A DNA stretch of 49,192 nt, from NCBI GenBank assembly GCA_965649115.1, contig CBFGJN010000007.1, forward strand, positions 1 to 49,192. Direction: 5' to 3'. A program made the translations under genes and the position numbers. The notes beneath the pieces are model-generated. The model searched no databases. It was not told the origin of the DNA and worked only from the letters and a program-made list of their open reading frames with translations. Origin of the DNA: a candidate division WOR-3 bacterium (GTDB lineage Bacteria > Hydrothermota > Hydrothermia > LBFQ01 > DSFT01). Shown piece by piece: positions 10,705-18,432 of the stretch (positions are counted from its first letter, which is position 1; every line of letters begins with the position of its first letter).

Positions 10705-11349
10705 TTAATTTTCCTTCTTTTTCCAATCTTCTAAAAATTTTTCAAGTCCAATATCAGTTAAAGGATGTTTTATCATCTGATAAAATACATTAGGTGGAAT
10801 TGTAGCTATATGAGCTCCATATAAAGCTGATAGTAAAACATGTCTTGGATGTCTGATGCTTGCAGCTATTACTTCAGTTTCAATATCATGAATAGTAAAT
10901 ATTTCAACAATTTCTTTAATAATTAAAATCCCATCATGGCCAATATCATCAAGTCTTCCAATAAATGGAGATACATATCTTGCACCTGCTCTTGCTGCAA
11001 TAAGAGCTTGAATTGGATTGAAAATTAACGTTGTATTAACACTTATTCCTCTATCAGAAAGGTACTTTATAGCTTTTATACCATCTTCTGTAAATGGAAT
11101 CTTGATTACAATATTTGGATGAATATCAGCTAATTTTTGTGCTTCTTCAATCATTTCTTCAAACTTCAAAGTTGTTACTTCCGCTGAAACAGGACCTTTT
11201 ACAATTTCACATATTTGTTTTAAAATTTCATATGGATTTCCTTTTTCTTTTGCTAAAAGAGAAGGATTCGTTGTAACGCCACTTATTATACCCCAATCAT
11301 TCAATTTTTTTATTTCTTCAATGTTAGCACTATCTATGAAAAATTTCAT
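10705..11349 (-). CDS. tal: Transaldolase (small TalC/FSA family)
   Basis: [34 protein letters not shown]. Confidence 0.9.
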   Translation of the reverse strand: MKFFIDSANIEEIKKLNDWGIISGVTTNPSLLAKEKGNPYEILKQICEIVKGPVSAEVTTLKFEEMIEEAQKLADIHPNIVIKIPFTEDGIKAIKYLSDRGISVNTTLIFNPIQALIAARAGARYVSPFIGRLDDIGHDGILIIKEIVEIFTIHDIETEVIAASIRHPRHVLLSALYGAHIATIPPNVFYQMIKHPLTDIGLEKFLEDWKKKEN

Positions 11350-11379
11350 AGTTTGAAAATTTTAAAGCCAATTTAATTC

Positions 11380-11584
11380 TGCCTTGTCTAGTAATTCTAA
11401 AAAAATGATTATTTCTATATTTTCCCCACCCACCCTATGAATAAGGCTTCGCCTTATAAATACCCATTTTTCGGTTATGGGGGGCTAACGCCCCCCTTAA
11501 TCCCCCCATAAAATCAATAATTTCCCTAAAAATTTTATAAGTTATTGATTATCAGGTGATTGACAATAATTACTGGACAAAGCA
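11380..11584 (-). mobile_element. Full-length MITE-like element with an exact 9-bp target duplication, atttaattc
   Basis: TIRs tgccttgtctagtaa ... ttactggacaaagca; repeat at 11371-11379 and 11585-11593. Confidence 0.9.
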
Positions 11585-11593
11585 ATTTAATTC

Positions 11594-11675
11594 TGCTTTG
11601 TCCAATAATTCTGAAATCTTTGTTTTTCCCTCCCACCCTGAAAATAAGGCTACACCTTACAAATGCCCTATTTCT
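11594..11675 (-). mobile_element. Older partial tandem copy
   Basis: tgctttgtccaataattct terminus, cccaccc tract, aaggctacacctt. Confidence 0.75.
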
Positions 11676-11677
11676 AT

Positions 11678-12721
11678 TTAATTTCTTATTTTAAATTTAG
11701 CATAAATTGGCAAATGATCTGAAAACCCTTTTCCAAGATGAATAGTAAAATTGCCTTCAAACTCAACTTGCCATCTATAAGGTATCCCATCAATCAATAG
11801 ATAATCTGCTTTAAAAACATTAAAACTATTTTTTATATAAAAAATGTTTGAATTAGTATCAAGAAGAGATTGACTAATTAAAATATGGTCTAATGTTCCC
11901 CATTTATTTTTGAAATAATGACTTCCTATTTCTTTATTTCTTAACTCATTCCATAAGTCGTACAAATAATTTTTATTTGTAAGAAATTCTTTTAAGCCAA
12001 CAATTGGTTTGTAGTTAAAAGCATCACCTTCCAAAACATCGCTTTCGCTATCATCAAAGTTTGTATTAAAATCTCCAAGTGATATAATTTTCATTTTCGG
12101 ATTTATATTAAAAAGACTATCTAATATCTTTCTGTGAATTTTTGCAATTTTTATTCTTTCGGATTCAGGAGCAACTTTACTTTTCCAATGATTTACAAAA
12201 ATTACTAAGGTGTCCTTATTTACTAAAATTTTTGCCATTAATATATTCCTAACATCAGGGATTGTTTTATAACCTATTGCTTTAACAATTTTATATTTTG
12301 AAATTAAGGCTGTTTTAACAATAGAAAATTGAGGTTTATCTGCTATTACAAAACATTTATAATTTAAATCTTTTATATGATTAAATAATTCTTCAATTGC
12401 TCTTCTTGTTTCAATTTCTTGTAATCCTATAATGTCAGGATTTAAATCACTTAAAACGTTTTTTATGTTTTCAATTTTTTTTAGGAAAAATGCTCTTGAA
12501 TAATTACTTGTTTTTTGTGAGTAATCTTTGTATTCGTATCCATTCTCAACATCATCAAATAAATTTTCAACATTATAGCTTGCAACTGTTAAAATACTAT
12601 CGTTTTTTATTGAATTTTCTACACAATTTATATCAAGTTCTTCAAAATTCTTTTCTTGAATTTTTGTAAGTTTTATTGTTGAACAAGAAGAAAGGATTAT
12701 AAATAGTAAAAATTTTTTCAT
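11678..12721 (-). CDS. Endonuclease/exonuclease/phosphatase (EEP) family lipoprotein
   Basis: LSSC lipobox; SYNVENLFD, GLQEIE, NHWKS, GDFN, LDHILIS, SDHLP. Confidence 0.88.
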   Translation of the reverse strand: MKKFLLFIILSSCSTIKLTKIQEKNFEELDINCVENSIKNDSILTVASYNVENLFDDVENGYEYKDYSQKTSNYSRAFFLKKIENIKNVLSDLNPDIIGLQEIETRRAIEELFNHIKDLNYKCFVIADKPQFSIVKTALISKYKIVKAIGYKTIPDVRNILMAKILVNKDTLVIFVNHWKSKVAPESERIKIAKIHRKILDSLFNINPKMKIISLGDFNTNFDDSESDVLEGDAFNYKPIVGLKEFLTNKNYLYDLWNELRNKEIGSHYFKNKWGTLDHILISQSLLDTNSNIFYIKNSFNVFKADYLLIDGIPYRWQVEFEGNFTIHLGKGFSDHLPIYAKFKIRN

Positions 12722-13242
12722 TTAGCTTTTATGTTGATATAGTATATAAACTGGGGTTCTAAAAAAATTTCCTTTTCTAAATTTTTTGCTAAAATTTTTA
12801 CTTGTTTTTTAGCAGGAAATGAAAATTCCGATGGAACTTTATAAGTTAATTTTTGGCTATCTGTCTCAAAAATAACTTCATTTACTTCCCCTTCAAGGAC
12901 AATATAACAGCTATCCCTATTTATGTCCTTATTGAATTCTTTCTTAATTTGATACTCATAACTTTTATGTTTCACTTTTTCTTTCTGATAACTTGGGAAC
13001 TTAAAAACCCAAACATAACCCCCCTTTAAAAAAAAGCTATCTTTTTTATTTTCATATTCAATATAATAAAAACCTTCTGGAAGTTGCATCTCATATGGAA
13101 TATAACCCATATAGAAATAATAATACTTATTGGAAATTCTTACATATAAACTTTCAGGTTCAACAAGTTTTATAATAAAATCATTCTTTAAATGTTCATC
13201 TTTTATGCTATCAATAATTATTTGTCCAATAAGAAAAAGCAT
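12718..13242 (-). CDS. Hypothetical, probably exported protein
   Basis: ATGA overlap with the EEP gene; N-terminus MLFLIGQ. Confidence 0.7.
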   Translation of the reverse strand: MLFLIGQIIIDSIKDEHLKNDFIIKLVEPESLYVRISNKYYYFYMGYIPYEMQLPEGFYYIEYENKKDSFFLKGGYVWVFKFPSYQKEKVKHKSYEYQIKKEFNKDINRDSCYIVLEGEVNEVIFETDSQKLTYKVPSEFSFPAKKQVKILAKNLEKEIFLEPQFIYYINIKAK

Positions 13243-13251
13243 TTTTTATTT

Positions 13252-13276
13252 AAAAAGAGGGCGGATAAACCACCCT
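13252..13276 (-). terminator. Intrinsic terminator directly after the acidic peptide gene
   Basis: Minus strand AGGGTGG-TTTAT-CCGCCCT-CTTTTT. Confidence 0.7.
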
Positions 13277-13454
13277 ACTCCTCTTCCTCCTCTTCATCTT
13301 CCCAATCTTCTTCCTCCCATTCTTCATCGTCTTCCCATTCTTCGTCATCTTCCCAGTCTTCATCATCTTCCCATTCTTCGTCATCCCAATCTTCATCTTC
13401 CCAATCTTCTTCCTCTTCTTTTGCTAAGAGCCATCTTTTTTTAATCTCTTCCAT
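13275..13454 (-). CDS. 59-aa Asp/Glu/Trp-repeat peptide (missing from the ORF track)
   Basis: MEEIKKRWLLAKEEEEDWEDEDWDDEEWEDDEDWEDDEEWEDDEEWEEEDWEDEEEEEE; SD AGAAAGGAGGTGA; synonymous codon variation between repeats. Confidence 0.85.
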   Translation of the reverse strand: MEEIKKRWLLAKEEEEDWEDEDWDDEEWEDDEDWEDDEEWEDDEEWEEEDWEDEEEEEE

Positions 13455-13457
13455 GAT

Positions 13458-14630
13458 TCACCTCCTTTCTTCAATTTTTATATAAGGCTTGTTCAATTCG
13501 CCTTTAAATTTCTCCCTTGGTCTTAAAAGCCTACCTCCTAATTTCCAATACTCTAAAACATGCGCGCACCATCCAACAACTCTTGCCATAGCAAAAATAG
13601 GGGTATATAAGTCAAATGGTATTCCAAGCATATAATAAATACTTGCTGCATAGTAATCAACATTAGGATATATGTTCTTTTCTCCAAGAATTGGTCCTGC
13701 TTTCTCTTCAAGTTCAATCTGCATATCTACCCATTTGCGATTGTTTGTAAAGTCCGCCAATTTTAAAGCTAGATTTTTAAGAATTCTTGCTCTTGGGTCA
13801 TAAGCTTTATAAACTCTATGTCCAAAGCCCATTATTCTTTCTTTCTTTGCCAATTTATCTTTTAAATAATTTTCAACATCTCCATTATATTTTTCTTCAA
13901 TTTCAAATAACATTTTCATAGCTTCTTCATTAGCACCTCCATGAAGAGGACCTTTTAATGTTCCTATTGCACTTACAATAGATGAATATAAGTCAGATTG
14001 TGTTGAACAAGTAACAATTGCTGAAAATGTAGAAGCATTCATCCCATGCTCTAAATATAAAATTAATGTTTTATCAAAAACTTCAATCTCAATATCAGAA
14101 GGCTCTTTTCCTCTTAGCATATATAAGAAATTTCCTGCATGATTTAAGTTTTTATTTGGTCTTATAATTTCAAGGTTATTTCTTATTCTATGAAAGTAAG
14201 CTATAATTGTTGGTAATATGGCAGTTAATTTAATTGATTTTTCAATAATATCATCTTCTTTTTTTGACATAGCATTTTCATCTAACATTCCTACAAAAGA
14301 AACAACTGTTCTTAAAACATCCATAGGATGAGCACTTTTTGGAATTAATTCTTCTTCCTTTAATAAAATTTCAGGAATGTCTCTATTTTCTTTTAATTTG
14401 TCGATAAATGTTTCAAGCTCATCTTTTTTTGGAAATTTCTGATACAATAACAAATAAGCAGATTCTTCAAATGTTGAATTGTTAGCGATTTCTTCTATTG
14501 GAATACCTAGATAATATAATTTTCCATGCTCACCATCTATATAACACAAGCTCGTTTCCGTAAAATATATATTCTCAAGTCCAGAACTAAATACCGCCTC
14601 CCCTATCTCCTTAATATCTTTCATTTTCAT
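13458..14630 (-). CDS. gltA: Citrate synthase (or 2-methylcitrate synthase); start may be the second ATG at 14624
   Basis: GPLHGGANE, IMGFGHRVYK, YPNVDYY, FAMARVVGWCAH. Confidence 0.9.
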   Translation of the reverse strand: MKMKDIKEIGEAVFSSGLENIYFTETSLCYIDGEHGKLYYLGIPIEEIANNSTFEESAYLLLYQKFPKKDELETFIDKLKENRDIPEILLKEEELIPKSAHPMDVLRTVVSFVGMLDENAMSKKEDDIIEKSIKLTAILPTIIAYFHRIRNNLEIIRPNKNLNHAGNFLYMLRGKEPSDIEIEVFDKTLILYLEHGMNASTFSAIVTCSTQSDLYSSIVSAIGTLKGPLHGGANEEAMKMLFEIEEKYNGDVENYLKDKLAKKERIMGFGHRVYKAYDPRARILKNLALKLADFTNNRKWVDMQIELEEKAGPILGEKNIYPNVDYYAASIYYMLGIPFDLYTPIFAMARVVGWCAHVLEYWKLGGRLLRPREKFKGELNKPYIKIEERR

Positions 14631-14994
14631 CTCCTCCTTTTAAAGCCCTTTTTAATGTTTCAAGACTTAATAATGCACATTTTTGTCTTGTTTGTATAAC
14701 GCCTCCAAGCATCTCTAAGAATTCATTTTCTTTTAAATTTAAAATTTCATCAATTGTTCTATTTATTGACCATTCTGATAAAATGTCTGCTGATGCTTGA
14801 CTTATTGAACATCCATGACCTTCATAACTAATTTCCTTAATTTTATTGTTTTCAACTTTTACATAAAAAATTATTTCATCTCCACAACTTGGATTACCAA
14901 GATGATAAAATTTATTAAATTCTTTTAATTTTCCTCTATAACGAGGATATTTATAATAAATAAATAATGGATGCTCAAAAGGATTTCCATTCAT
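14611..14994 (-). CDS. sufU: SufU/IscU (NifU N-terminal) Fe-S scaffold protein; start moved to 14994
   Basis: NPSCGD, GCSISQASA, RQKCA; the track start at 15024 lies inside the tRNA. Confidence 0.85.
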   Translation of the reverse strand: MNGNPFEHPLFIYYKYPRYRGKLKEFNKFYHLGNPSCGDEIIFYVKVENNKIKEISYEGHGCSISQASADILSEWSINRTIDEILNLKENEFLEMLGGVIQTRQKCALLSLETLKRALKGGDENERY

Positions 14995-14999
14995 AAAAG

Positions 15000-15088
15000 C
15001 GGAGGGAGTGGGATTTGAACCCACGATCCCCAGTTAAGGGGATAACGGCTCTCCAGGCCGCCGCCTTCGTCCGCTCGGCCATCCCTCC
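15000..15088 (-). tRNA. tRNA-Ser(GGA), CCA not encoded
   Basis: Acceptor stem GGAGGGA/TCCCTCC plus G discriminator; anticodon loop CTGGAGA; long variable arm ATCCCC-TTAACT-GGGGAT; GGTTCAAATCC T-arm. Confidence 0.95.
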
Positions 15089-15096
15089 AAATGAAA

Positions 15097-15122
15097 ATAA
15101 GCTTTAAAATTTTAAAGCTTAT
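15097..15122. promoter_or_regulatory. 26-bp perfect palindrome carrying the TAAAAT box on both strands (putative bidirectional promoter)
   Basis: ataagctttaaaattttaaagcttat between the divergent tRNA-Ser and prfB. Confidence 0.75.
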
Positions 15123-16189
15123 GGAAATTTTGAATCGCTTTAAAAAACTTTTAGACTATCTTTGAATTAGATAAAATAGAAAGCAGAATTAAAGAAATTG
15201 AACTTTTATCTTCAAATAGTTCATTTTGGGAAGATAGAAAATTGGCACAAAAATTAATGGAAGAACTTTCCGATTTGAAAAATAAAGTTGAAGAAATTGA
15301 AACTATGAAAAAATTATATGATGAATTATTGATATTATATGAGCTATCAAATGAAGATTTAGATTTTCAAGAGGAGTTTGAAGAAAAACTAAAATTTTTT
15401 GAAAAAAAATTAAATGAAATTGAATTAAAATTTTTACTTAATGAAAAGGAAGACATTTCAGATGCAATTATTGAAATTCATCCAGGAGCAGGTGGAACAG
15501 AAAGTCATGATTGGGCTGAAATGCTAATGAGAATGTACATAAGGTGGATAGAGAGAAAAGGATTTAAATATGAAATTCTTGATATTTTGCCTGGTGAAAC
15601 AGCGGGAATAAAAAGTGTCTCAATTCTTGTAAAAGGAAAATATGCCTATGGATTGTTAAAGAGTGAGATTGGTGTTCATAGACTTGTAAGAATTTCACCA
15701 TTTGATGCTAATAACAGAAGACATACATCATTTGCATCTGTTTTTGTTTATCCTCAAACGGAAGATATTAAAATTGAAATAAATGAAAATGACTTAAAAG
15801 TTGAAACATTTAGATCAAGTGGTGCTGGTGGTCAGCATGTTAATAAAACTGAAAGTGCAGTTAGGATTACACATATTCCTACAGGAATTGTAGTGACTAT
15901 AAGGAGTGAGAGATCCCAACACAAAAACAAGGAAATAGCTATGAAAATTCTAAAAGCTAAATTATATGAATTTTATAAGCAAAAAGAAGAGGAAAAAATT
16001 AAAGAGCTTGAAAAACAAAAAACAGATATTGGCTGGGGTTATCAAATTCGTTCATATATTCTACACCCATATAAACTTGTAAAAGACCATAGAACAGAAT
16101 TAGAAATTACAAACCCTGAAGCAGTTCTAGATGGTGAAATAGATGAATTCATAAAAGCTTATCTTTTTTGGAAAACTAAAAGAAAGTAA
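15121..16189 (+). CDS. prfB: Peptide chain release factor 2, with +1 programmed frameshift at CTT TGA (15160-15165)
   Basis: 14-codon [17 protein letters not shown] continues in the +1 frame; SPF and GGQ motifs. Confidence 0.95.
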
Positions 16190-16312
16190 TTACCAAGACA
16201 CTTTTTTAGCGTTAATTTTTTCATTATCAATAACTTATAAAAAATTACTGAAATTATGGTTTTTATAGGGAGTTTATTAAAGGGGGCGTTAGGAAGCTGA
16301 AAGCTTACAGCA
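16190..16312 (+). mobile_element. Degenerate older MITE-like copy
   Basis: tatcaataactta half-site, G-runs, ends in tacagca. Confidence 0.55.
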
Positions 16313-16313
16313 A

Positions 16314-16505
16314 TGCTTTGTCCAATAAATAATGATAAGTCCTTGATTATCAATAGTTTATAAAAATTTTAAAGAAGTTATAGATTTAATGGGGGGCTTT
16401 GCCCCCCAAAGCCTAAAAATGGGCATTTATAAGCCGAAGGCTTATTATTAGGGTGGGTGGGAAAAATAAGAAAAATCAATAATTCCAGAATTATTAGACA
16501 CAGCA
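16314..16505 (+). mobile_element. Full-length MITE-like element with an 8-bp duplication, tacagcaa
   Basis: TIRs; repeat at 16306-16313 and 16506-16513; near-identical reverse complement of 6447-6650. Confidence 0.9.
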
Positions 16506-16541
16506 TACAGCAAAATTTTTCTGCTTTAAAATTTCATATTT

Positions 16542-16727
16542 ATGGAATGGATACAAGCTTTAACAATTATAGCAAGTCTTTTTGTATTTATTAGTATTGT
16601 TGCTAATTTATTAAATAAACGTATAGATGACATTAACAGAAGGCTTGATAAATTAGAAGATGATATTAGAGAAATAAGACAAATTCTTTATAAAATTTTT
16701 GAAACTCCTAAAAAGGAAGGTAATTAA
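16542..16727 (+). CDS. Small protein: N-terminal transmembrane helix plus coiled coil
   Basis: TAAAAT box 9 nt upstream; heptad pattern RIDDINRRLDKLEDDIREIRQIL. Confidence 0.75.
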   Translation: MEWIQALTIIASLFVFISIVANLLNKRIDDINRRLDKLEDDIREIRQILYKIFETPKKEGN

Positions 16728-16764
16728 ATAAAGCTTAATTATATTACATAATTTAATTGCTTTA

Positions 16765-16837
16765 TTTAAAGGCTTATTTTCGGGTGGGCGGGCAAAAAAT
16801 AGAAATAATCTGTTTTTCAGAATTACTAGATACAGCA
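16765..16837 (+). mobile_element. Partial older MITE-like copy
   Basis: gggtgggcggg tract and gaattactagatacagca terminus. Confidence 0.75.
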
Positions 16838-16846
16838 CTTTTTTAA

Positions 16847-17004
16847 TGCTTTGTCTAGTAAATGGTGTTAAATAATTGATAATCAATAACTTATGAAATT
16901 TTAAGAAAATCATTAATATGGGTAAGTAGAGCCGAAGGCTCAATTATAGGGCGGGCGGGAAAAATATAGAAATAATTATATTTTTAGAATTATTGGACAA
17001 GGCA
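16847..17004 (+). mobile_element. MITE-like element with an exact 9-bp target duplication, cttttttaa
   Basis: TIRs; repeat at 16838-16846 and 17005-17013. Confidence 0.9.
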
Positions 17005-17030
17005 CTTTTTTAAGACTTTAAAATTTTAAA

Positions 17031-18254
17031 TTGCTATTTATAGCCCCATTTAGTTATGTCTATTCAATTTTCATAAAAGATTTCAAAATTTTTTTGGGAA
17101 GCGAAATTGGAATTTTAGTTTTAGATTTAAATAGTTATAAAATTCAAAATCAATACATTACTAATTCAAAGGTTGATTTTATCACTTATAATGGTAATTG
17201 GATATATTATTTTTCTGAAAATAGTATTTACAAAATTAGTTTAAATTGGCAACTAGGACAAAGCCCATTTCTAATCAAACAAAATGTCCAAAAACCAAGA
17301 AAGTTTGGAATTTCAGAAGATTATAAAATTGTTTTAGATTATGGGAATTATAGAAAAATTTTAAATGATGCTGGATTTGAAGAAAATAATTTTTCAGGAA
17401 AAGTTTATTGGTCATCTTTTGATACTATAAATTTTCCACATAAATCCATTTGGAATTTTAAGAAAGGTCATATAAATGTTAATTTTTCATATGAATATGG
17501 TGATTATAATTTTATTGGAACAGATGGTTTAGGATTAAGAATTTATTACAAAAATTCACTAACGATGAAAGATTCTGTTATTGTTGGAACATTTAACAAA
17601 ATTTATAAATCTGCTTATATTAAGGATAATAAAATTTTCATAATAGGTGATAAAGGTATTGATATTATTGATGAGAATTTAAATAGTTCCGATTTTATAA
17701 AAATTGATGCTTGTTCAAATGAGGCAGAAATTATTGAAAATTATGTTTTTTGTAAAAATAATATATATCGGATTGAAGAAGGTCAAGCATTTGCCATTAT
17801 GAAAGCAGTTAATTATAATAGAATAAAAAAAATGAAAGATAATTTTTATATCTTGACAAATGATGGTGTTTTTAAATTTGATGGGCAAAATTTAGAAAAA
17901 ATTTATAATGATTTAGCCTATGATGTTTATTTAAAGAATGATAGTGTAATGTTTTTAAAGAAATATGATAAATTCGTTAAAGTTATTGATAGCTTGAATT
18001 ATCTTTGTTCAAGATATGGTATTGAAAATTTAAATAATAATGAAGTTTATAATTTCAATTTAGGGAATGTTAATGATTGTTCCTTTTATAATAATGAAAT
18101 TTTTGTTGCAAGTAATAATGGGCTTTTTAAAATTTTATTAGACAAAAAACAACTTTATCAATATCCAAATATAAGGAATGTGAAGAAAGTTTTAATTTTT
18201 AAAAATCATTTGCTTGCCTTAACTGAAAAAGTAATTTATTTAATAAATTTATGA
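17031..18254 (+). CDS. Hypothetical beta-propeller-like protein
   Basis: Repeated beta-strand motifs (FIGTDGLGL, LTNDGVFKFDG, VASNNGLFK); TTG start 6 nt after TAAAAT. Confidence 0.7.
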   Translation: MLFIAPFSYVYSIFIKDFKIFLGSEIGILVLDLNSYKIQNQYITNSKVDFITYNGNWIYYFSENSIYKISLNWQLGQSPFLIKQNVQKPRKFGISEDYKIVLDYGNYRKILNDAGFEENNFSGKVYWSSFDTINFPHKSIWNFKKGHINVNFSYEYGDYNFIGTDGLGLRIYYKNSLTMKDSVIVGTFNKIYKSAYIKDNKIFIIGDKGIDIIDENLNSSDFIKIDACSNEAEIIENYVFCKNNIYRIEEGQAFAIMKAVNYNRIKKMKDNFYILTNDGVFKFDGQNLEKIYNDLAYDVYLKNDSVMFLKKYDKFVKVIDSLNYLCSRYGIENLNNNEVYNFNLGNVNDCSFYNNEIFVASNNGLFKILLDKKQLYQYPNIRNVKKVLIFKNHLLALTEKVIYLINL

Positions 18255-18397
18255 AAAAACCTTATTAAGAAGGACATAAATTATAGTTTTTATGCAGAGG
18301 ATTTAGAGGGGTGAAGTCCCCCCAAGGCGTAAGAATGGGCATTTTAAAGCCGAAGGCTTATTAAATAATTATATTTTCCGAATTACTAGACAAAGCA
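18255..18397 (+). mobile_element. Degenerate MITE-like copy with intact R end
   Basis: aagccgaaggctt and gaattactagacaaagca. Confidence 0.75.
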
Positions 18398-18432
18398 AGA
18401 ATTATTTTTTTTCTTAACTTTAAAATTTGAAA

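Noticed and set aside
13252..13454. Trp attenuator leader peptide
   Set aside because: Downstream genes are unrelated to tryptophan, Trp codons are dispersed, and no antiterminator is evident
13130..13485. Ser-rich and Leu/Pro/His-rich plus-strand ORFs
   Set aside because: Antisense shadows of the acidic peptide gene, which has the SD and terminator
14995..15024. N-terminal extension MGSNPTPSAF of sufU
   Set aside because: It is the tRNA T-arm and acceptor stem read as codons
15121..16189. prfB as a pseudogene or starting at 15242
   Set aside because: The break is at the conserved CTT TGA programmed frameshift site
16159..16943. Minus-strand ORFs 16159-16353 and 16653-16943 (also 37685-37888)
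   Set aside because: They lie in repeat sequence, with no promoter box or protein-like features
16994..17024. TAGACA/TGGACA in the TIR acting as a -35 element
   Set aside because: Spacing to TAAAAT is 19-21 or 26-28 bp, mostly outside the usual 16-18 bp; not excluded for the 14-bp class
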